32,000 bases of DNA from Promethearchaeota archaeon (GTDB taxonomy: Archaea > Asgardarchaeota > Lokiarchaeia > Sigyniarchaeales > Promethearchaeaceae), in contig JAFGBS010000008.1 of assembly GCA_016933055.1 (NCBI GenBank), positions 167,199 through 199,198 of the forward strand, given 5' to 3'. The notes beneath the pieces are model-generated. The model was not told where the DNA came from, made no database searches, and saw nothing but the letters and a program-made list of their open reading frames with translations. A program made the translations under genes and the position numbers. Position 1 is the stretch's first letter; each line of letters begins with the position of its first letter. Shown here piece by piece: positions 24,122-32,000 of the stretch.

Positions 24122-26437
24122 ATGGATAAAGAAGAGAATGAATTAATTCTTCGAGTCGAAGAAATCTCGAAAAGTTCAGCGGGTCGATCTATTTGCCGTA
24201 TTGATCCAGAAAGCATGAAGCAATTAGGACTCAGCGCTGGAGATATTGTAGAGATTATCGGAAAAAAAAGCTCTCCCGCAATTGTGTTTCCAAGCTCCCG
24301 AGATAAGAACCAAAACATAATTCGAATTGATGGGTTGATGAGGTTAAACACTGGTTCGACCGTAGGAGAGTATGTAAAGATACGACCAACTAAACCACTA
24401 GCGGCTCGATATATTAAATTAAGCTATACTCAAAAGAATATTCAAATAACCAGTAATGTTCGGAATCTCGCTGGAGCAATGCAAGGAAAACCTATGAAAT
24501 CGGGCGATATCGTTGCGGTAGTGAAACAAAATGTTGCCAGAAAGAAAGAAAGCCTAAATCCTCCTTTAGAAGAATTTCAAAAAATCATGGGGGGGATGTT
24601 TCAAGCACCGAGTGTATCGCTGGGAGAAGTAAGATTTTTAGTTAAAAAAACCATTCCGGACGGAATCGTACAAGTAACTAAAAACACAGAAATTGAAATC
24701 TCGAAAGAAGTAAGTACATCTCCCTCTGGGACAATCATCACTTATGATGATATCGGAGGATTATCTGATGCTCTCCAAAAAGTACGTGAAATGATTGAAC
24801 TTCCACTCAAACATCCCGAGTTATTCCAGAGAGTGAATATTGATCCTCCCAAAGGAGTTTTACTTTATGGACCTCCTGGTACGGGTAAAACTCTTATGGC
24901 TCGTGCTGTTTCCCAAGAAGCAAATGCTTATTTCATTACGTTAAATGGACCTGAAGTAATGTCAAAGTTCTATGGAGAAAGTGAACAAAATCTCCGGAAA
25001 TTATTTGATGAAGCAGAAAAGAATGCTCCCTCAATCATATTTATTGATGAAATCGATTCCATTGCCCCTAAAAGAGAGAACGTAACGGGTGAAGTAGAAA
25101 GACGTGTAGTTGCCCAATTATTGAGTCTCCTTGATGGATTACGAGGACGTGGAAAAGTTATTGTAATTGGTGCAACAAATCGAGTAAATAGTATTGATCC
25201 CGCATTAAGACGACCTGGTCGATTTGATCGTGAAATTGAATTGGGAGTCCCCGATAAGGAAGGACGAAAAGAAATATTTCAGATCCATACAAGAGGGATG
25301 CCATTAAGTGCTGATGTTAATTTAGAAGAATATGCTAACATCACACATGGTTTTGTTGGTGCAGATATTATGGCTGTATGTCGCGAAGCAGCAATGGCAT
25401 CGCTCCGCACAATCTTACCCGAAATTGATTTAGACAAACCCATTCCGTTGGAGATTTTAGATAAACTCATCGTGACAGATGAACACTTTGCGAAAGCAAT
25501 CCGGATGGTAGAACCAAGTGCAATGAGAGAAGTTATGATCGAGATTCCAGATATTAAGTGGGAAGATATTGGAGGATTAGAGTCTATTCGTGAAGAATTA
25601 CAAGAAACTGTGGAATGGCCTGTTAAATACCCTCATATTTACAAGAATGCGGGAATTCGTCAGGTTAATGGCGTATTGTTATTTGGACCTCCTGGATGCG
25701 GTAAAACCCTTCTCGCAAAAGCAGTTGCGAATGAATCTGAGCTCAATTTCCTTAGCGTTAAAGGACCAGAGATCTTTTCAAAATGGGTGGGGGAAAGTGA
25801 AAAAGCAGTTCGAGAATTATTCCGAAAAGCGCGTCTTGCGTCCCCATCCATTGTTTATTTTGATGAGATGGATTCTATTGCATCCTCTCGAGCAAGTTTC
25901 AATGGTGGTTCCCATGTGTCCTCGCAAGTAGTAAACCAAATCTTGGTGGAAATGGACGGATTAGAAGATCGTAAAGGAATTGTTGTTATCGCATCTACAA
26001 ACCGATTAGATCTTTTGGATAAAGCACTATTACGACCTGGGAGATTTGACAGAATTATTTATACACCAGCTCCTGATGAAGACGCTCGTTTCAAAATTCT
26101 CAAAGTACACACCAAAGATATGAATCTAACCGATGAAGCCATTAAATTTTTACCAAAATTAGCTCTTATCACAGAACATTACTCTGGTGCAGATTTGGAT
26201 AATTTGTGTCGGGAAAGTGGTATGCAAGCTATTCGGGATTTTTTCCGTTCGAATCCAGAAGACGCTCAAAACCCTGATCGAAAAATTCTTGTAGAGCAAC
26301 ATCACTTTGAAACTTCTCTTAAGAAAATCCAACCCAGTTTAACTGAAGATGTTATAAAAGAATATGACAAAATGGCAGACGAAGTATCAAAACGGAGAAC
26401 AAAAATCGAAACCCGTTCTTATAGTGCCTATACATAA
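24122..26437 (+). CDS. cdc48: Cdc48/VCP/p97 AAA+ ATPase
   Basis: N-domain (IIRIDG..R.N) and two AAA modules ([15 protein letters not shown]; [15 protein letters not shown]; RPGRFD twice); C-terminal AYT is HbYX-like. Confidence 0.97.
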   Translation: MDKEENELILRVEEISKSSAGRSICRIDPESMKQLGLSAGDIVEIIGKKSSPAIVFPSSRDKNQNIIRIDGLMRLNTGSTVGEYVKIRPTKPLAARYIKLSYTQKNIQITSNVRNLAGAMQGKPMKSGDIVAVVKQNVARKKESLNPPLEEFQKIMGGMFQAPSVSLGEVRFLVKKTIPDGIVQVTKNTEIEISKEVSTSPSGTIITYDDIGGLSDALQKVREMIELPLKHPELFQRVNIDPPKGVLLYGPPGTGKTLMARAVSQEANAYFITLNGPEVMSKFYGESEQNLRKLFDEAEKNAPSIIFIDEIDSIAPKRENVTGEVERRVVAQLLSLLDGLRGRGKVIVIGATNRVNSIDPALRRPGRFDREIELGVPDKEGRKEIFQIHTRGMPLSADVNLEEYANITHGFVGADIMAVCREAAMASLRTILPEIDLDKPIPLEILDKLIVTDEHFAKAIRMVEPSAMREVMIEIPDIKWEDIGGLESIREELQETVEWPVKYPHIYKNAGIRQVNGVLLFGPPGCGKTLLAKAVANESELNFLSVKGPEIFSKWVGESEKAVRELFRKARLASPSIVYFDEMDSIASSRASFNGGSHVSSQVVNQILVEMDGLEDRKGIVVIASTNRLDLLDKALLRPGRFDRIIYTPAPDEDARFKILKVHTKDMNLTDEAIKFLPKLALITEHYSGADLDNLCRESGMQAIRDFFRSNPEDAQNPDRKILVEQHHFETSLKKIQPSLTEDVIKEYDKMADEVSKRRTKIETRSYSAYT

Positions 26438-26454
26438 TATTAAATTTATTTTTT

Positions 26455-26733
26455 TTATGTTAACACTTTCTCTTTTACCAAGTAATCCCGAACCGCTTCT
26501 TCAGATTTATTAAACAATTCGGATATGGCTAAGATAGAGATTTCTTCCGTCATACCCGCGGATCTATAATCTTTGTATAATTGTTTCCAAATTTCAATGT
26601 TACCAGAAAATTCCTCGGGATGTTCTGATTGAACATGCCTCCAGTACGGCTTCTTCAAGTCTTTCTTACCGCAAAACGGACACTCGCGTTTTTCATTAAA
26701 TGAATTAGTTTGCCTCATATAGTATAACACCAC
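26455..26733 (-). CDS. Small C2H2-type zinc-finger protein
   Basis: CPFC-x11-H-x4-H followed by a short helical domain; start is GTG 26733 or ATG 26718. Confidence 0.75.
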   Translation of the reverse strand: MVLYYMRQTNSFNEKRECPFCGKKDLKKPYWRHVQSEHPEEFSGNIEIWKQLYKDYRSAGMTEEISILAISELFNKSEEAVRDYLVKEKVLT

Positions 26734-26838
26734 ACGATAGTTTCAATTATGCTCTCTGTTTAGTATTTCTAATAAATCTTTTATTATTATAATATTAATT
26801 CTTTCTTTCCTTCCTAAAAATCCATAGATGTTGTAGTT

Positions 26839-28824
26839 TTGTCGCAATTAGTCTATCTATCAAAATTTGACAAATATTATTACCTCCAAAAATCAAAGTA
26901 TATGTATTCTATGCCATCACGAATCATTCCTAGAAAAATAATTCTGCTTCTTATTTTCTTATTCATCGGTAGCCTTATTTCTCAAAGTAAGAATAGCACA
27001 GCCCAAGTTTCCGTTGCAGAATATATGAAAGTAGGTGATAGTATAAAATATTCTTTCAAATCCACTGGTGCATATATACCTTATGGGGATCAAGATTTAT
27101 TTTTCCGAATAACCAATATTACGGATCCTTCTAATATATTGGTAGATATTTTATACGGAGAAGAGACTATCGACAGGGCAATTTTGTTAAATCAAAGTGT
27201 GAAAGTAGGTTGGTATATTCTAAATAATAATTCATTACGAAATAATTGGCAGATATGTCCGTTACAAAATACAAGCGCGTCAAAAATTTACGAATACTGG
27301 GTTTCTAGTAATTTAAGAAACGTGTCAGAATATTATAATGACGTACAGCGTGAAGCGTTAGAATTATTATTTTGCTATGATACTTTTTTGGATGGAAAAA
27401 ATTACTCGATAGACGTTCGCTGGCTTTGGGATTATAATACAGGTATTTTACTCAACAATTCTGTATTTTTTAATGATACCACTGATCCTAGCCTATCTGG
27501 ATTATATGAACAATACTTGGTGGAAACAAGCATATGGACATTATCAGCAAGAATAATACCAGGGTATCCAATCATATGGACTATTGTACTTATGAGTTTT
27601 GGACTGGGATTGATATTAATCGTGAGTAAAAATGGATTACGTAATCACCATAAAAAGACAATTAGAACAATTAATAAAAATAACGTATTCAAAGTTTTGG
27701 GAATCATTTTGCTTCTATTCGGACCGTCATTGGTTTTTTTCAATCGTACTATCCCATTTACTAAAGCCACTCCTCAACTGATTATGCCACATGCAAATGT
27801 ATTACTATTTTCCAACAAGTCAGAAAGTGCTATTGCAGTATCTCTAGGTTTGGATGATAGAATAGAATATTCTCTTTTTCTGGCAAGTACTAATACTACA
27901 GAAGAGTTACTTGCGTTAGATTTCACTTCATTTGATGTTATTATCGCAGATGGATATTTACCATCGAATGAATCTGCATTGCATAAGATCAAAAGTAATA
28001 TTAATGGTACCGAATACGAAACCAGTTTGATATTTTTTGGAGGAAATTACTCACAATCTGCATTATTAGAGTTTTCTAGCTATTTTCCTGTGGAATTCGT
28101 AATCCATAAAGATGCTTTAAACATTTCTATCACCAAATTCTATCAAGAGCAATCTGGATTTTTAGAATTTGCTACAATGGAATTTTATTCACAATTATAT
28201 AGTCAAATTGAAACTTATGAAATTCACAAGGATGATGTCCAAGTCGCTGTTTCTGAGGAACAAAAAGCATTATCAAAAGATGATCAATCTATGTATATTA
28301 CCCGAATTGCATGGCAATCTACACCACTATTATATGAGCGTATTTTGACTTATGCAAAAAAACCCGGTGCGATCACCCTCATTGAAGTCCCGGATACAAA
28401 AGAACCACTTATTGTCACTTGGGAAAAAGATTGGGACGGGGATGAGAAGTTCAGCCAAGTTATATTTATTTCTCCTGGAGTATCCACTGTATGGGACTAT
28501 AATAAAGGAGAAGAGAATGAATGGAATACTCCATTTAAATTGTGGCCCTATTTCAATTACATGTTATATATGATGGTATATGATTGCAAGGGATTAGAAC
28601 CCGATCAAATTGAAATGTATGCAGACTGGCCATATTCGCCGATTCCCCATAGGAGAGAAGCCATAATTTGGATGGTGTTTGTCGGCTCCTTGTGGGTATT
28701 TAATTTTACTTTATTCTTTGTTCTCAGAAAAAAATCTAAAAAACGGGATTTGGCTAAATCTAATAATTCACTAAATTTAGAGGAATCATCATCAGAAGAC
28801 ACTAAAGGACAATCATCCAAGTAA
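26839..28824 (+). CDS. Multi-pass membrane/surface protein with two extracellular-type domains
   Basis: Signal-like segment (KIILLLIFLFIGSLI), Asn/Thr-rich domain with many NxS/T sequons, internal IPGY+TM+basic tract, a second TM, an alpha/beta domain and a final TM followed by RKKSKK. Start probably ATG 26902 or 26911. Confidence 0.8.
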   Translation: MSQLVYLSKFDKYYYLQKSKYMYSMPSRIIPRKIILLLIFLFIGSLISQSKNSTAQVSVAEYMKVGDSIKYSFKSTGAYIPYGDQDLFFRITNITDPSNILVDILYGEETIDRAILLNQSVKVGWYILNNNSLRNNWQICPLQNTSASKIYEYWVSSNLRNVSEYYNDVQREALELLFCYDTFLDGKNYSIDVRWLWDYNTGILLNNSVFFNDTTDPSLSGLYEQYLVETSIWTLSARIIPGYPIIWTIVLMSFGLGLILIVSKNGLRNHHKKTIRTINKNNVFKVLGIILLLFGPSLVFFNRTIPFTKATPQLIMPHANVLLFSNKSESAIAVSLGLDDRIEYSLFLASTNTTEELLALDFTSFDVIIADGYLPSNESALHKIKSNINGTEYETSLIFFGGNYSQSALLEFSSYFPVEFVIHKDALNISITKFYQEQSGFLEFATMEFYSQLYSQIETYEIHKDDVQVAVSEEQKALSKDDQSMYITRIAWQSTPLLYERILTYAKKPGAITLIEVPDTKEPLIVTWEKDWDGDEKFSQVIFISPGVSTVWDYNKGEENEWNTPFKLWPYFNYMLYMMVYDCKGLEPDQIEMYADWPYSPIPHRREAIIWMVFVGSLWVFNFTLFFVLRKKSKKRDLAKSNNSLNLEESSSEDTKGQSSK

Positions 28825-28834
28825 TCATGAAGGA

Positions 28835-29251
28835 ATGGTTTTGATCATGGAGTCACACAATTTCTTTTTGCAAACTAACACACGTGAAGAGATGATAGAC
28901 ATTACAGAGGAAATTAAGGAAATTCTTCAAAAAAAGTCTTCTATACGTAATGGTTATATAAAAATCTCCATACCTCATACCACAGCTGGAGTCACTATTA
29001 ATGAGAACGCTGATAGAGCGGTTGAAAATGATATTCTTCATATTCTACGAAAAATAATCCCAAAATCAAGAGATTACTCTCATGCAGAAGGAAATTCGGA
29101 TGCACACATGAAATCATCACTCATGGGTACCAGAGTGGATATTATGCTTGAGCATGGCCAACTTAAATTGGGTAGATGGCAAGGAATTTTCTTCTGTGAA
29201 TTTGATGGTCCCAGATCACGTAAGGTGTATGTAAATATATTTAAGGAGTAA
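28835..29251 (+). CDS. yjbQ: YjbQ/UPF0047 family (secondary thiamine-phosphate synthase-like)
   Basis: PHTTAGVTINENAD, YSHAEGNSDAHMKSSL and LGRWQGIFFCEFDGPRSR; may start at 28847. Confidence 0.93.
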   Translation: MVLIMESHNFFLQTNTREEMIDITEEIKEILQKKSSIRNGYIKISIPHTTAGVTINENADRAVENDILHILRKIIPKSRDYSHAEGNSDAHMKSSLMGTRVDIMLEHGQLKLGRWQGIFFCEFDGPRSRKVYVNIFKE

Positions 29252-29424
29252 GATCTCTATTAGTTTTCTTTTAAGAAACGATTGTGTGGTTTTTTTGTAT
29301 TATTATTTATACGTTGTTACGTAAGATTTATTTATTTAATTTTTAAGTAGATAATTACTTCCGAAATATCTATTAGATAATTTCATTTAGGAGATACTTC
29401 TCGTACCGACAAAATATTGTACCG

Positions 29425-30747
29425 TTGATAATTAAACCAATCATACGAGTAGAGATTATGGATAATATAACTGTAATTGCAGATGACTGGATTCGATCTC
29501 TAAGAACACTAGATACCATACGATCTCAAATTTATATTGAGAGTATCTATGAAAGCTTCCAAAATTTCAATCCAAAAGATAAACGGTCCCTTATTATTAC
29601 TTTCTTGAACAATATCCAGACAGAAAAATCGGAACCCTACATCAAAAACTATATTTCTTGCCTATCGTGTCTGAATCAGAAAGCCGATGTATCAGAATCG
29701 TATCTATTAGAAAAATCTTCTAATCCTTTAATTTCAAAATACTTATTGGAGTCTATTATAAAAAGATCAACCAATTCCCCAGAAACCGTACAAAGAATTA
29801 TTACCCAATGTATATCGGAACCATTTTCAAAATTATTTTCTTACTCAATACACCTAATAATACAAGCAAATTTTTCTGAATTTGTATCTACCTTGAAAAA
29901 ATTCTACATGGATCATAAATCCATGCTATTGGATTATTTCTTAATCCCCAACCCTCCTTATACTGAAAAATACAAAATATTAACCGAAAATTTGTATGTT
30001 TTGCTTAAATCTCTGAATCATTTTGACGTACTTGATGATCATCTAATTGATTCAAATAAACACTTACTATCAATTCTATGCGATAAAAAAACACAGTTAG
30101 CAATCAATCCTCAAAAAAGCAATCTTTCTAAATTAATTTCCCAACTATTTTACAACATATCTATTCCTGGACAGCATATTCAATTTCTTTTAACTCAATT
30201 TCGAATGATACCAAGTGAGTCGATCAAAATATCGATTATTCATAAATTCTCCAAATTTCCGAAAGACCGAGATTCTCAGTACATTATTGCATTATTACAA
30301 GAAATTGCAGAAGAGGATAATTATTTTGTATTTTCCGTTGCTTCCATGGTGAAAATTGGGGGAGAGGGAGTTAAATCTTATGTTTTAAAAGAATTACAGT
30401 CGGATCGCTTCCGCAGAATTTTTTTCACAACATATTTTATTCCCTATTTAGATATTCCAACGGACAAATTCAATTCAATCTTGGATGATCTACTCCAATA
30501 CAAGCAACCATTAATTTTAAAACAAGCTTTATGGGTCATTCGGAAAAAAAAATCCTCTGAGTACATAACCCAAGTGATAAAACTATTATTCCATGATAAT
30601 GCCCAAGTACGTGGAGAAGCTAAGAAAGTACTTCTTGAAGTTCCGAATTCCATCGAATATCTTTCTAGAAACATAAATTATTATGGACCAGAAAAACAAG
30701 CAGTTATATCCGGCATAATTGCAAAACTACGCAAATTAAATGGATAA
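29425..30747 (+). CDS. HEAT/ARM-like alpha-solenoid repeat protein
   Basis: All-helical pattern; C-terminal LKQALWVIRK...VIKLLFHDNAQVRGEAKKVL is HEAT-like. Start probably ATG 29458. Confidence 0.7.
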   Translation: MIIKPIIRVEIMDNITVIADDWIRSLRTLDTIRSQIYIESIYESFQNFNPKDKRSLIITFLNNIQTEKSEPYIKNYISCLSCLNQKADVSESYLLEKSSNPLISKYLLESIIKRSTNSPETVQRIITQCISEPFSKLFSYSIHLIIQANFSEFVSTLKKFYMDHKSMLLDYFLIPNPPYTEKYKILTENLYVLLKSLNHFDVLDDHLIDSNKHLLSILCDKKTQLAINPQKSNLSKLISQLFYNISIPGQHIQFLLTQFRMIPSESIKISIIHKFSKFPKDRDSQYIIALLQEIAEEDNYFVFSVASMVKIGGEGVKSYVLKELQSDRFRRIFFTTYFIPYLDIPTDKFNSILDDLLQYKQPLILKQALWVIRKKKSSEYITQVIKLLFHDNAQVRGEAKKVLLEVPNSIEYLSRNINYYGPEKQAVISGIIAKLRKLNG

Positions 30748-30798
30748 TATCGAGTCCGAAGACAAATATTTTTTAATTAGGAGAATGCAACTAGTTGT

Positions 30799-31677
30799 AT
30801 GAAAGCTATATTAGAAGGTAAAAATACATTAATAACCGGTAGTTCCAGTGGTATAGGGAAAGCACTTGCTGAGGGATTTGCTTCTCTCGGTGCAAATATC
30901 ATAATAACTGGGAGAGATACCGATCGTCTTAGGGAAACGGAGGATATAGTTAATCAAACGGGGCAAAGGGTTCTAGTGGTGCCCGGAGATGTTCAAGACT
31001 ATTCAGATGTCAAAAACATAGTTGATAAAGGTATTGCAGAATTTGGAAAGATCGATATTTTGATTAACAATGCAGGATTTTCTCGATTAAAGCCGATCAC
31101 GAGATTTCGTGTGGAAGAATTTCAAGATATTCTTAAAACCAACATTTTGGGACCCTTCAATTTTACTCATGCAGTTGTTCCTTATATGATTGAGTCTGGT
31201 GGAGGAACTATCTTGAATACAGGAACGGTAGCTGTAAAAGTACCAATGCCTAAATGGAGTGCTTATGCAATGTCCAAGGGTGCCTTGAATACATTTACAG
31301 AATTTGTTGCAACCGAATTGAAACCGCACAAAATTACGATAAACACAATTATGTTAAATATGGTTGATACTCCCCTATTTCGACTCGGATTAGATGAGGA
31401 AAAAATCAGGGCTTTAAATCCTATGGATCCGAAATTATTGACGCCCTATTTTGCTTTCTTTGCCACACCCGCAGCAGAAAAATATACTGGGTTCAATATT
31501 GATATGGATGTCATTAAAAAAGTATTATCACTTAAAGATAAGCTTCCAGAAGAGCAAAAAAGCGATGTAAATTGGTCTTCTATTCAAATCTTTGCAGAGG
31601 AATCCTTAAGTTCAAAACAATATAGGGATATACGCAAATTAAAGAAATATATTAGCTTCTTACTCAAAATTCACTGA
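30799..31677 (+). CDS. Short-chain dehydrogenase/reductase (classical SDR)
   Basis: TGSSSGIG, NNAG and catalytic YAMSK. Confidence 0.95.
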   Translation: MKAILEGKNTLITGSSSGIGKALAEGFASLGANIIITGRDTDRLRETEDIVNQTGQRVLVVPGDVQDYSDVKNIVDKGIAEFGKIDILINNAGFSRLKPITRFRVEEFQDILKTNILGPFNFTHAVVPYMIESGGGTILNTGTVAVKVPMPKWSAYAMSKGALNTFTEFVATELKPHKITINTIMLNMVDTPLFRLGLDEEKIRALNPMDPKLLTPYFAFFATPAAEKYTGFNIDMDVIKKVLSLKDKLPEEQKSDVNWSSIQIFAEESLSSKQYRDIRKLKKYISFLLKIH

Positions 31678-32000
31678 ACCAATAAGTGATAATAGACAAA
31701 AATACCGAGGATAAGAGAGGCTTTTGAAAATATAAAGAGTTTTTGTAATTCTTTCTACTTTTTTTTCATTCAGATCCTCGAGGGGTTTTTCCCGAGTATA
31801 TTCATGAATTTTTATTCTCCCCTCGTCATAATCTCGAATGTTGACTCCAACAATTATTCCCTCATGACCCAAGTCTCGTGATTCTTGATGATATATGTAA
31901 ATTGAGGATTCTCTATCTTGTAGAATTATTTCTTCATCGATTAGTCGTTCCATTTCTTTCTTAGCGTTAGCATATACTTCATCTCCCTCACCATCCGGCA
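31660..32000 (-). pseudogene. DUF1015-family gene, apparently 3'-truncated; 5' part lies beyond the right edge
   Basis: Frame is open from the edge: PDGEGDEVYANAKKEMERLIDEEIILQDRESSIYIYHQ...GIIVGVNIRDYDEGRIKIHEYTREKPLED. Family resemblance stops near 31773 and the frame ends 37 codons later. Confidence 0.65.

Noticed and set aside
179-28820. Short antisense or nested ORFs in the track (e.g. 179-394, 1276-1575, 1990-2325, 4478-4882, 7185-7568, 13729-14067, 25590-25931, 27774-27992)
   Set aside because: They lie on or opposite well-supported genes, show no motifs, and read as shadow frames.
1-32000. CRISPR arrays, IS elements, prophage genes, rRNA
   Set aside because: No regularly spaced repeats, transposase, integrase or capsid motifs, or rRNA-like sequence were seen.

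Overview
Low-G+C (roughly one third, judged by eye) archaeal chromosomal window, most consistent with an Asgard archaeon of the Lokiarchaeia type. This is an inference from tRNA introns with bulge-helix-bulge (BHB) motifs, an archaeal PSTK, Cdc48, a Hef-type helicase, a longin/uDENN-like protein, an IPGY-TM-basic sorting-like motif and many bacterial-type accessory genes. It holds about 27 CDS, a dicistronic intron-containing tRNA-Thr(GGU)/tRNA-Met(CAU) pair and two probable pseudogenes. No CRISPR array, transposase or integrase is visible. The best leads are: (1) a ~290-nt intergenic segment (9199-9488) that folds by hand into a long rod closing a multibranch domain, matches no RNA family consensus I recognise, and contains nine UAG triplets in 46 nt; (2) a glycyl radical enzyme with the HypD (trans-4-hydroxy-L-proline dehydratase) active-site set, next to an EamA transporter but with no activase in the window; (3) an elongator tRNA-Met whose T-loop has A54/U58 instead of U54/A58; (4) a longin-like plus winged-helix fusion; (5) a surface protein with an internal C-terminal-type sorting motif; (6) a PAS hybrid kinase / methanogenesis-marker-9 domain / DHH phosphoesterase operon. 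All family calls are from motif recognition; no database search or folding program was run.
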